A DNA stretch of 64,000 nt, taken from positions 32,079 through 96,078 of the forward strand of contig CAYOCJ010000001.1 of the NCBI GenBank assembly GCA_964402565.1, given 5' to 3'. The position numbers and the translations under genes are program-made. The stretch comes from an uncultured Gammaproteobacteria bacterium (lineage in GTDB: Bacteria; Patescibacteriota; Patescibacteriia; UBA1558; 2-01-FULL-52-15). Below, one piece after another: positions 26,637 to 35,360 of this stretch (positions are counted from its first letter, which is position 1; every line of letters starts with the position of its first letter). The notes under the pieces were generated by a model, which saw nothing but the letters and a program-made list of their open reading frames with translations, searched no databases and had not been told where the DNA came from.

Positions 26637-28088
26637 ATGGATCAAGCGAAGCTGAAGATCGCTTTGCGCTATGGATTGATAGGCCTGATCATTTTGGCCG
26701 CGGTTATAGGAACCGCTCTGAACGTAGCGCCGCATAAGAAACTTGCTTTGCCGGAACTTGCGCAGTATTTGCCGGCGTCTACGGTATTTGCGCTGCGGGC
26801 GGATCGGGAATCGGTTATGGGCATTTCTCATCATTCGATCTCAGATGCCGACTCATTGCGCGGCTGGCAGAATTCGTCCAGGGCTTATTGGCAGACCGTA
26901 GAACGTATTACGGGATTGCCCATGAGCACCATCATGATCGTCGTCACAGAAGATAAGGGCGTACTATGGCAAAGCGTTTTTTTCACGACAGAATCAGCCA
27001 TTAAGGATGAAGATGTCACTCGGCTTGCAGCTACGCCATTTGACGAGGCTGCCTGGTATCCGTTATCAACCGATACGCTGCATTTCCAGCGCATTGATGC
27101 GCATATCGGCGCTATCCTTTCGACGCATGACACCTTGGACTATACATCGCCATCAGCTGAAGCCGCACAATTATTGACATCTGATCCGATCGCATTATAT
27201 GTGAAGCATGATATCGGCCAGCAGATTGCGGACATGGTGGCTGCTGATACTTTGCTGCCCGGCATCAATCAACTTATTCATGAAGAAGACTCGTTGCAAT
27301 TTGGGTTATCAGTCAATGATCCAATGGTCCAGATCCATTGGTCGAATAAAAACCCGGGTTCAGCGCAGGCTATGCCATTGCGCGTACCGGAACAGGTAAC
27401 TGCAGCATTCAGCGGCGATCTGCAGCGTATCATCGACCCGACAACTCCTGAGACGCACCCATTTTCTGCGGCGGTCCAGGCTTTCGTGAACCAGCAGGCA
27501 AATGCAAATTCATTCGATCCGAAAATTTTTGAAAAAAAACTTTTCGCGGTAAAAGGAATGATCATTTTGGGCGATAACTGGCTTTTGACCGGAGATGATG
27601 GACTGCAAGTAGCTGAGCTTGTTTCGTATTTCATCGGAGCTCAGGCACCGAAGCGCGCAATTACGGCATTGCCAGACGGTACGCCGTATCGTGAGATCGT
27701 ACGCGGACTCCCCGTCCCTCAAATAGAAGAGCGCGAAGCATACAAGGCTTCAGTTTGGTCAGAAACAACCACGACGAGCACGAGCACGCCTGCTGTATCT
27801 GAACCCAGGAAACTGTATACATCAGAAAATAACGGGACGTGGTATATCAGCAATAGCCCTGAACTTCTGGACATGCAATTTTCAGACAAGCAGGGCTTGT
27901 TATTTGCTGATACCAAGACGATCACTGCTTGTATGAGTAAAAACGATGGAGATACGCTCCAGGATGAAGAGTTGTGGACGGTTTCGCTGCCGCCTGACCA
28001 AGGCTCGGATGCAAAGGGGATAACTATTAGCTCAATTTCACGAAAATCCGAGCAAAATCGTGAATTTCACGACCTGTGCATAGAATAA
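26637..28088 (+). CDS. Hypothetical membrane-anchored protein
   Basis: N-terminal TM, 483 aa. Confidence 0.75.
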   Translation: MDQAKLKIALRYGLIGLIILAAVIGTALNVAPHKKLALPELAQYLPASTVFALRADRESVMGISHHSISDADSLRGWQNSSRAYWQTVERITGLPMSTIMIVVTEDKGVLWQSVFFTTESAIKDEDVTRLAATPFDEAAWYPLSTDTLHFQRIDAHIGAILSTHDTLDYTSPSAEAAQLLTSDPIALYVKHDIGQQIADMVAADTLLPGINQLIHEEDSLQFGLSVNDPMVQIHWSNKNPGSAQAMPLRVPEQVTAAFSGDLQRIIDPTTPETHPFSAAVQAFVNQQANANSFDPKIFEKKLFAVKGMIILGDNWLLTGDDGLQVAELVSYFIGAQAPKRAITALPDGTPYREIVRGLPVPQIEEREAYKASVWSETTTTSTSTPAVSEPRKLYTSENNGTWYISNSPELLDMQFSDKQGLLFADTKTITACMSKNDGDTLQDEELWTVSLPPDQGSDAKGITISSISRKSEQNREFHDLCIE

Positions 28089-28199
28089 ATTGGCTAATGT
28101 GGACAACTTGTGTGTAGCCTGAATATCTGGTGTTTCTAATTTTGGAACAGCTGTCAAGATCATTTTAGTTTTTTAGCTAATATTAGCTATATAAATGTA

Positions 28200-28268
28200 T
28201 TGACCAAGGGCGTTTTTTGTGATATACTAGATGCATAAGGATTAAAAAACCTTAGCTGATCTTAGAAA
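28200..28268 (+). promoter_or_regulatory. Strong sigma70-like promoter plus boxA-like motif with no long ORF downstream
   Basis: TTGACC-17-TATACT with extended TG; TGATCTTAGAAA 28257-28268. Confidence 0.7.
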
Positions 28269-28654
28269 AGTTACCCTAAAGACACTTTTTGGAGTAATTT
28301 TTTTCTTTTTCACTGCCCGAATTGGGATAACCTAGCTATCCCACACAGGTAAAATAAAAATAAAATCATCAAATGGTTTATCCTCGCCTTAAAACGGAGA
28401 TACACCGATAAGAGTGGTGGAAAAGATGTAGCAAAGCTATCAGAGTTAGGAAAGGTAGCGCAATAAGTGTCGTTGTAAAATAAAATGTTATCAGCTGAAG
28501 TGCACCTGTTGAGGAGATGTGGCTACAGAAAGGTTTCTGTGACTACACCTCCTCGGCACACATTTCGGCGTAACTAGTTTACGACGACATGGGGGCCGAA
28601 GCATCCTGAAAATACATTACGTTTGAGGATCAGCATCGGCCTCTAATTTTTTTT
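28235..28654 (+). ncRNA. Candidate ~420-nt structured non-coding RNA, family unknown
   Basis: Promoter upstream, several hairpins including a ~120-nt rod (28468-28589), terminal hairpin plus T8. Confidence 0.55.
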
Positions 28655-28786
28655 GCTAAAATTACGAAAAATCTTTGATGAATATATAGCTCGCGACCAA
28701 TCTCCAAAAGCCCGCATATGGGCTAGACGTAGCCTGTTTTCTGTAGTAGTATGTTTGTTAGTTATAAAACGATAATACGCATAGAT

Positions 28787-29155
28787 ATGAAGGTAGACAC
28801 AGCATTTCTCGAAGCACAAAAAAAGCTGCTTGAGGACCGCAAGGCTCAATTAATGAAAGAGTTGAAGATCGACGGCGTCAAAAATATTCATGCTGATAAT
28901 GAATATGACGCGACCTTTCCCGACTACGGTGAAAAGGAAGATGAGAATGCGGCTGAAGTCGCTGCTTTTGAAGAAAATCTGAGCATGGAAAAGAATCTGG
29001 AAGTATCTCTGTTCAATGTAAATAAAGCGTTAAAAAAAATTGCAGACGGAACCTACGGCATTTGCGAGAAGTGCGGGAAGATGATAGACCCTGCTCGCTT
29101 GAAAGCGTTTCCTTCTGCGACCGCTGACATGGATTGCAAGAAAAAGATCGGGTAG
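28787..29155 (+). CDS. TraR/DksA C4-type zinc finger protein
   Basis: ALKKIADGTYGICEKCGKMIDPARLKAFP; acidic coiled-coil tip. Confidence 0.9.
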   Translation: MKVDTAFLEAQKKLLEDRKAQLMKELKIDGVKNIHADNEYDATFPDYGEKEDENAAEVAAFEENLSMEKNLEVSLFNVNKALKKIADGTYGICEKCGKMIDPARLKAFPSATADMDCKKKIG

Positions 29156-29599
29156 ATGCGGAAGCAGATCATATTGCTGACAGGACTTTTCTTATTAGAT
29201 CGATTTATAAAAAACCGAATTTGGTTTTCCCCGCCTACGCCTACGGGCCAAGCGGGTTTTTTTCATGCAGTATTAAATAACAATATTGCCTTTTCTTTTC
29301 ACATTCCCGGGATCTCTGATGTTATATTAAGGCTCTCTTTGTGCATTATTGTTCTTTGTTTTATTTTTATCGTTGGACGGCTCATGATGAAGCATGATCC
29401 GAGCGCAATATGGTGGGGGTTCATAACCATAGGTGCGGTGAGTAATGTGCTTGATCGGCTGACCTTGGGCGGCGTATTGGATTATATCGATCTCAGCTAT
29501 TTCCCTATCTTTAATCTGAGCGATGTCTATATCACTATCGGCGTGATGCTACTTTTGTACAAAGAATTGCTTCAAAAAAAGAAATTCGCGACGCGTTAA
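29156..29599 (+). CDS. lspA: Lipoprotein signal peptidase II
   Basis: NNNIAFS, GAVSNVLDR, VLDYI, PIFNLSDVYI. Confidence 0.92.
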   Translation: MRKQIILLTGLFLLDRFIKNRIWFSPPTPTGQAGFFHAVLNNNIAFSFHIPGISDVILRLSLCIIVLCFIFIVGRLMMKHDPSAIWWGFITIGAVSNVLDRLTLGGVLDYIDLSYFPIFNLSDVYITIGVMLLLYKELLQKKKFATR

Positions 29600-29779
29600 A
29601 AACCAAAAACTCACCCAGGACACTAATCAATTGGGCGAGTTTCTGGCACAAAGAGCTGATCAATGAACAATGCAATTGTTTCATTTGATCTGAATTAGTA
29701 GACGCGGCACTAGCTGAGTTCTTACTCATATTCAGCCAATACGCATTTTATAGCTAACCTATGCTATACTTATGAAGCT

Positions 29780-30295
29780 ATGATCCGAGCATTTACTTCG
29801 CAATTCCAGGCTCCGTTCTGGTCTCGCATTCCTATTTTTGGCGTGCGCGTATACCCGAAAAAACCTCTGCAGAGAAAGGTATTTTGGATAAGTGCAGTTG
29901 CATATTCGATTGCCTACTTTTATGTGCTTGCAGTAGGCGTCGTGGTTTTTGTGCATTCGTTATGGGTGTGGCCGGGTTTGCAAAATGTTTTCACCACGAC
30001 GTTGTACGATATTTGTTATCGAAATTGGTGGCTGATGCTGGCCTTCGTTCTGCTCGAAGTGGGACTCATCTATGTGGCCGCAAAGAATACCAGATCAAAA
30101 ACGTTCAAAAAAAGACGCGAAACCATCGATTGGCATCGGCTATTGACTCAGCCAGTACTATTCGTAGCAGTGCTGTATCTGACGTTGAAATTGCTTTCCG
30201 GCGATTATACTGCCGAGCCGAACCTGACCCCTGTCCTGCTCTGCAGCTATGTAGTTTCCGTTGGGGGCTTGTATATAGTTGACAAGTATTCATGA
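29780..30295 (+). CDS. Hypothetical membrane protein
   Basis: About 4 hydrophobic segments. Confidence 0.65.
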   Translation: MIRAFTSQFQAPFWSRIPIFGVRVYPKKPLQRKVFWISAVAYSIAYFYVLAVGVVVFVHSLWVWPGLQNVFTTTLYDICYRNWWLMLAFVLLEVGLIYVAAKNTRSKTFKKRRETIDWHRLLTQPVLFVAVLYLTLKLLSGDYTAEPNLTPVLLCSYVVSVGGLYIVDKYS

Positions 30296-30405
30296 GCGCC
30301 GTAGTATTCATGTAGAAAAGCGATTCCCCCTCCTTGAAAAAGAGGGCAGACAACATTTGGTTTTTTTGTACATCGCTTTTCGTGATGTATTTTTTATTTA
30401 CTATT

Positions 30406-31917
30406 ATGGCATCAAAGGTTTTTTCTATCGCATTGCATGGATTGCGCTGTCAAAGCGTCGAAGTAGAGGCAGATGTCTCGCGTCACATGCCTGCATTTAT
30501 CCTGGTTGGCTTGCCAGATGCAGCGATACAGGAAGCTAAAGAACGCGTGCGCTCAGCACTTGAAAACAGCAATCTGCCGTTTCCGCGTACCAAGGTAACG
30601 GTCAATTTGGCGCCTGCGCATGTGAGAAAAGAAGGAACGCTCTATGACCTAGCGATCGCGGTGAGCATTTTGCTTGCGCAGGACTCTATCGATATGTCTG
30701 ATCAAGATCGTAATGCAGTTTTTCTGGGCGAGCTTTCGCTTGGCGGTAATGTACGTCCTGTGAAAGGCGTATTGGTAGCTGTATCGTTTCTGAGAGAGCA
30801 AGGCGTGAAGCGCGTCTATGTGCCGAGCGCCAATGCAAAAGAAGCATCGTATATTTCTGGTATTGAGATCATTCCGGTTACCACCCTGCGGCAATTGCTG
30901 AACCATTTGAACGGCTTTGAACCCATACAGCCGACAAAGCATATGTCAGTGCCGGCAGGAAAAATGAAATTTGGCACGTATGATTTTGCAGATATCAGCG
31001 GGCAATCAATTGCGAAGCGGGCTCTGGAGATCGCTGCTGCAGGCGGGCATAATGTGCTGTTGAACGGTATACCTGGCAGCGGGAAAACCATGCTGGCACG
31101 GAGCTTCATGTCGATCTTGCCGCCGCTCGTTGAAGATGAAATGCTTGAAGTTTCGAAAATATATAGCTATGCAGGCCTGCTTGCCAGCGGAGATTCGCTG
31201 ATCTATGAACGGCCGTTTCGTTCGCCGCACCATTCAGCATCGGTTGCCTCGATCGTCGGCGGCGGCACCTGGCCAAAGCCCGGCGAGATTACGCTTGCGC
31301 ATAGGGGAGTATTATTCATGGACGAGTTCCCTGAGTTTCCGCGCAATGTGCTTGAATCGCTCCGTCAGCCGCTGGAAGACAAGATCATTTCTGTCAGCAG
31401 GGTTTCAGGCAGTTTGCAGTTCCCTGCGCATTTTATTTTGATAGCAGCTCAAAATCCGTGTCCGTGCGGCGCATGGGGAGATGCAGAGAAAGAATGCGTG
31501 TGCAGTGATTTCCAAAGGAAAAATTATCAAAGAAAAATCTCAGGCCCTTTGCTGGACCGCATCGACCTGTACGTTCGCGTCTATCCGGCTGATCGCCAGA
31601 AATTGCTCATCGAGAATAAAGCTGAAAGCTCGGCCAGTATTTTGAGCCGAGTCGTCAAAGCAAGAAAGCGGCAACATACACGCTTCACATCGCCAATACT
31701 CCTGAACGGACATATGGATCATACATTGCTAAAAAAAGTTTGCATCCTCGATGCTGCTACCGAGAAAGTGCTCCTGCAGGCGTCAAAGAAATTGCAATTA
31801 TCTGCCAGGTCATTTTATAAAACGATCAAGATCGCGCGCACGATAGCTGACCTTGCTGAGCGAAAGGCTATTGATGAGGCAGATGTGCTCGAAGCGTTGC
31901 GGTATCGGCCGACCTAA
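30406..31917 (+). CDS. comM: YifB/ComM family Mg-chelatase-like AAA+ ATPase
   Basis: VGLPDAAIQEAKERVR, GIPGSGKT, PFRSPHH, GPLLDRID. Confidence 0.95.
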   Translation: MASKVFSIALHGLRCQSVEVEADVSRHMPAFILVGLPDAAIQEAKERVRSALENSNLPFPRTKVTVNLAPAHVRKEGTLYDLAIAVSILLAQDSIDMSDQDRNAVFLGELSLGGNVRPVKGVLVAVSFLREQGVKRVYVPSANAKEASYISGIEIIPVTTLRQLLNHLNGFEPIQPTKHMSVPAGKMKFGTYDFADISGQSIAKRALEIAAAGGHNVLLNGIPGSGKTMLARSFMSILPPLVEDEMLEVSKIYSYAGLLASGDSLIYERPFRSPHHSASVASIVGGGTWPKPGEITLAHRGVLFMDEFPEFPRNVLESLRQPLEDKIISVSRVSGSLQFPAHFILIAAQNPCPCGAWGDAEKECVCSDFQRKNYQRKISGPLLDRIDLYVRVYPADRQKLLIENKAESSASILSRVVKARKRQHTRFTSPILLNGHMDHTLLKKVCILDAATEKVLLQASKKLQLSARSFYKTIKIARTIADLAERKAIDEADVLEALRYRPT

Positions 31918-32002
31918 CATCTTGTTTTTTGTAATGCGCTGTGATAGGTTGGTGCTTTGATGGTTCATTATTGCAATTAACTTTCAGGAATTGGAGGTGA
32001 TG

Positions 32003-32473
32003 ATGAGCGCAGTGCGGTTCGTTTGTGTCTGCATGCTGGCAGCGTGCCTTGCCTTGAGCAGCGTCGCTGCAAAGAAAGAGAAACAAGATCCTGAGACCTC
32101 CGAACCTCAGATCAACCCGCACCATTTGCCCGCCCCTGACGGGTCTACGATCTCCATCCCGAAGCGCATCGTTTTTCCAGATCCGCCGTATCCGGATAGC
32201 GACCAAGCGCGCCGTATGGGAGCCTATGTTACTTTGGGCATCGATATCGATGCGGATGGACGCGTCGCCGAAGCCATCGTGCTTCATTGCACGGTCCAGA
32301 ACCTAGGCTTCGAAGAAGCTGCGCGTTCCGGCGTACTCAGCTGGCAATTCGAACCGGCGGTGAAGTTGAAAAATGGCCTGCCCATCAAGGATACGCCTGC
32401 TCAGGCGGTGTTCATGACCATCCGGATCGTTTTTCCCCCGAAACAACTCATACTGCCTGCGCAGAGACAGTAA
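32003..32473 (+). CDS. TonB C-terminal domain protein with signal peptide
   Basis: PPYP...RRMG.YV.L.IDIDADGRV....V......LGFEEAA...V..WQFEPA; SD GGAGGTG. Confidence 0.85.
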   Translation: MSAVRFVCVCMLAACLALSSVAAKKEKQDPETSEPQINPHHLPAPDGSTISIPKRIVFPDPPYPDSDQARRMGAYVTLGIDIDADGRVAEAIVLHCTVQNLGFEEAARSGVLSWQFEPAVKLKNGLPIKDTPAQAVFMTIRIVFPPKQLILPAQRQ

Positions 32474-32495
32474 TTCCTGCGAACATCTGCTAGCG

Positions 32496-32533
32496 ACCCC
32501 GCCTTACGTATGGTATGGCGGGGTTTGTTTTTG
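32496..32533 (+). terminator. Terminator-like hairpin after TonB-domain gene
   Basis: GACCCCGCC...GGCGTGGGTT followed by T-rich tail. Confidence 0.55.
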
Positions 32534-32566
32534 TCTTATGGTATAAAAAACGGTATAGTGTGTTGT

Positions 32567-33325
32567 ATGCATAAGCGAAATGTAAGAATAATAGCATTAT
32601 TGTTTGTTCTCGCGGTTACCGGCTGCACCCAGCAGAAAAAAACTGAAGTTCTGCCTACGCCTGAGCCCTATGCGGATTTTTCTAATACGAACGCACCTGC
32701 AGCATTACCGCAGCCAGCGCCTGCGCCAGTCCCAAGTCCAGCGCCAGCACCGCAGCCAAAACCATCAGCTTCCATTAACTTGGCTGTTCCGTTCAGACCG
32801 CAGGCGCCATTTGGAGATTGGAGCGAACCGTATGAGAATGCGTGTGAAGAGGCCTCGATCATCATGGTTGATTATTATTTGCGCGGAGCAAGTCTTTCGG
32901 CGCAGCAAATGAAAGATGCGATAGACGCGCAAGTAGCCTGGCAGCAGAAACATTTCGGCGGGCATGAAGATCTGCCGATCGCTAAAGTCAAAGAATTAGC
33001 AGCGTCACAGTATTCGTATAAGATTGAGATCATCAGTCCGTTGACCGTCGACGCTATTCGAATCGAATTGCAAAAAGGCTTGCCAGTGATCGTGCCAACT
33101 GCCGGCCGTGAACTGGGGAATCCATATTTTACAGCGCCGGGACCTATTTATCACATGCTCGTGATTAAGGGGTATACGGCAGATGGAAGATTTATTACTA
33201 ATGACCCTGGCACGAAACGCGGGGCGGATTATATATACTCTTCGGCTACATTGATGAATGCGATACATGATTGGACAGGGGAGGCTGCAGACGGCTCTGC
33301 TATCGGCATGGTGATGCATAAGTAG
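32567..33325 (+). CDS. C39-like peptidase lipoprotein
   Basis: Lipobox VTGC, Pro/Ala linker, QAPFGDW...ACEEAS, HMLVIKGY, ITNDP. Confidence 0.88.
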   Translation: MHKRNVRIIALLFVLAVTGCTQQKKTEVLPTPEPYADFSNTNAPAALPQPAPAPVPSPAPAPQPKPSASINLAVPFRPQAPFGDWSEPYENACEEASIIMVDYYLRGASLSAQQMKDAIDAQVAWQQKHFGGHEDLPIAKVKELAASQYSYKIEIISPLTVDAIRIELQKGLPVIVPTAGRELGNPYFTAPGPIYHMLVIKGYTADGRFITNDPGTKRGADYIYSSATLMNAIHDWTGEAADGSAIGMVMHK

Positions 33326-33346
33326 TGATAGTTTTGTCTAAAAAAC

Positions 33347-33381
33347 GAGACGCCGCTGTGCTTTGCACAGCGGCGTTCTGA
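33347..33381. terminator. Hairpin between convergent genes
   Basis: ACGCCGCTGTGC/GCACAGCGGCGT with an A-run on the left. Confidence 0.75.
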
Positions 33382-33384
33382 TTT

Positions 33385-33966
33385 CTAATCGGGCACCGGC
33401 ATTGCGGCTCTTTGTACGACGATATCCAGCGTCCCGAAAGACGCATTTTTGCAGAGGAATGAGCGGACGGCCTCAGTTTTGTCGCAGTTGCATTCCTTCA
33501 GCGCCTCTGCCAGATCGCCTTTCGCTACGAATTCACCAGGCAAATACCAGAGCTCGTCGAAGCGGCCAACGTCGTCGCGTCTCGACCTCAAACAGTAGAA
33601 TCCCCAGCTTTCCAGCTTTTCCACCTCTCTGGCGTAGTTCTCATCCGAGTAGTAGTAACCGCAAAGGTGTTTGATGTAAAAAGATGGGCAGGAGTGCGTG
33701 GGTTTCTCACTGAGGTCCAGGAGCTGCAGCTGCACGGAATCGGACGATGGGTTCGGCCTTCGCCAGAACGGCATCATGGTCCTGTCTTCACTCGGGGCAG
33801 GGAGCTCTGATTTTGTGTTCACCTTCTCGAGGCGGCCTTGGTCATTGACCCTGAGCCAGTACTGCCGTATTGAGAGGCCGACCAGGAGATCAACCTCTGC
33901 TCTGGTAAGCCCCTTGATCGTGACGCCTTGATCGCCGTAGGATGAGATCGAGATCGTTTCTGACAT
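33385..33966 (-). CDS. Hypothetical protein (guest-type unit)
   Basis: Start MSETI after AAAGGAGGG; AGTTCTTTTACC (34007-33996); TTTACA-16-TAATAT. Confidence 0.75.
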   Translation of the reverse strand: MSETISISSYGDQGVTIKGLTRAEVDLLVGLSIRQYWLRVNDQGRLEKVNTKSELPAPSEDRTMMPFWRRPNPSSDSVQLQLLDLSEKPTHSCPSFYIKHLCGYYYSDENYAREVEKLESWGFYCLRSRRDDVGRFDELWYLPGEFVAKGDLAEALKECNCDKTEAVRSFLCKNASFGTLDIVVQRAAMPVPD

Positions 33967-34056
33967 TGCCACCCTCCTTTGGGTAATGGGTTTACGGTAA
34001 AAGAACTGCTGCAAAAATGATATTACAGTAAGTTTTTATTTTGTAAAGTAATAAAA

Positions 34057-34078
34057 AAACGGGGCTTTCGCCCCGTTT
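34057..34078 (-). terminator. Terminator after hup
   Basis: AAACGGGGC/GCCCCGTTT with T-tract on the minus strand. Confidence 0.75.
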
Positions 34079-34083
34079 CAAGT

Positions 34084-34374
34084 TTACGCTGCCATTTTTT
34101 TCTTCAGAGAATCTTTCAAATTTTTTCCTGCCTTGAATTTCGGAACCACGACCGCCGGTATCTGGATGCGCTCGTCCGGATTCTGAGGATTGACCCCCAT
34201 GCGCGCGCTTCGTTCGCGGGCTGAGAATGAACCGAATCCTGCTAAGGTGACTTCTTCACTCTTTTGCAATGACTCGATCACGGTTGCTTCGAATGATTCG
34301 ATGACCGTTTCCACATCCTTCCGTCCAATGGAAGTTTTGGAAGCAATGGTCTCGATGAGCGTTGCCTTATTCAT
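34084..34374 (-). CDS. hup: HU-family DNA-binding protein
   Basis: MNKATLI, GFGSFS.RER.AR.GVNPQ, VPKFKAGKNLK. Confidence 0.96.
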   Translation of the reverse strand: MNKATLIETIASKTSIGRKDVETVIESFEATVIESLQKSEEVTLAGFGSFSARERSARMGVNPQNPDERIQIPAVVVPKFKAGKNLKDSLKKKMAA

Positions 34375-34382
34375 AGACAGGA

Positions 34383-35195
34383 TTAGTTAATGGTTAGCTC
34401 TTCACTTAGCCTTTTTATAAGTGTACATTTGCCTGATTTGGTGTCAAGTTCGAGAAAAATCGCATTGATCCATGCCGGACCGGTCTCCGGATAATCGAAT
34501 GTACCTTTGTCGCCGGTCAGGAACCTTTTGATGATCGTTTCTTTGGCAACGCCCAGGACCGAAGCATTCGATCCGGTCATGCCAATATCGGTTACATAGC
34601 CCGTTCCTTCAGAAAGAATGCGCGTATCAGCAGTCGGAATATGCGTATGGGTGCCAAATACAGCGGATGCTCTGCCATTGAGGTGATAGCCAAGTGCGAC
34701 CTTCTCGCTTGTTGCATCTGCGTGAATTTCGACAAGCAGGTGTTTGGGCTTATTGAGTCTATCGTAGAGCGCATCGATGGCCGCAAATGGATTTTCAACA
34801 TCGTCTTTCATGCTGACCTGTCCGAGCAAGTCGACTAATACGATATTCACGTTACCGGCTTGTATCGTTTGGAAGCGGAAATCTTCCGGCGTACGAGGAT
34901 CGTTTGCCGGCAATGAGATCTTTGCTATAGCAGTGATAGGGTCGCTGACCGGGTTTTCTTTCTGCCAGATATGGTTGCCGCCGGTGAAGCCGGTTATGCC
35001 GAGTTCTTTCATTTCAGACAGCGTCTTTTCGGTTACTCCTTTGCCGTGCGCAAGGTTCTCGACATTCGCAATGATCACATCGGGTGAGTACTCTTTTTTC
35101 CATCGGGGAAGAACAGTTTTCACTACTTCGCGGCCAATCTTCGCGACAATGTCGCCAATAATGAGTACTTTGATTGTTTTTTTCGCGCCAAACAT
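34383..35195 (-). CDS. ymdB: YmdB-family metallophosphoesterase
   Basis: IGDIV, NVEN.AHG.G, TGGNH, HADATSEK, GTHTH, TDIGMTG; follows rny. Confidence 0.93.
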   Translation of the reverse strand: MFGAKKTIKVLIIGDIVAKIGREVVKTVLPRWKKEYSPDVIIANVENLAHGKGVTEKTLSEMKELGITGFTGGNHIWQKENPVSDPITAIAKISLPANDPRTPEDFRFQTIQAGNVNIVLVDLLGQVSMKDDVENPFAAIDALYDRLNKPKHLLVEIHADATSEKVALGYHLNGRASAVFGTHTHIPTADTRILSEGTGYVTDIGMTGSNASVLGVAKETIIKRFLTGDKGTFDYPETGPAWINAIFLELDTKSGKCTLIKRLSEELTIN

Positions 35196-35230
35196 AGAAT
35201 AAGGAATAGAGTGGTGTTAGAGAGAGGGCA

Positions 35231-35354
35231 GGCACGTCAGTACTGTCATTCCGAAACGAAGTGAGGAATCTCACTAAAGTACGACTCTTGGGAGATCCCT
35301 CCCCGCCCAGGGCGGGTCGGGATGACGTGCCCCCTGGAGGAGTTCGTAATGACA
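35231..35354. repeat. REP-like GTCATTCCG...GGAATCT / AGAT...GGATGAC palindromic element
   Basis: TGTCATTCCG 35244-35253 pairs with CGGGATGAC 35318-35326 or CGTAATGACA 35345-35354; GGCACGTC/GACGTGCC. Confidence 0.75.
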
Positions 35355-35360
35355 AAGTTC

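Noticed and set aside
28090-28200. Replication origin
   Set aside because: Only one near-match DnaA box (TGTGGACAA) and no dnaA/dnaN context
28235-28654. T-box, c-di-GMP-I riboswitch, RNase P, tmRNA or SRP
   Set aside because: Diagnostic motifs (GGTGGNACCGCG, GAGGAAAGTCC, tRNA-like ends, SRP loop) are absent; GCAAAGC...GGTAGC is only a partial resemblance
29600-29770. Minus-strand small gene or sRNA with hairpin AAACTCACCCA/TGGGCGAGTTT
   Set aside because: The ORF runs through the hairpin into lspA and has no SD; explainable as a terminator
32690-32770. Tandem CCAGCG-like repeats (also TSTPTSTEPL repeats near 52020-52120)
   Set aside because: Low-complexity Pro/Ala/Thr linkers within ordinary surface proteins
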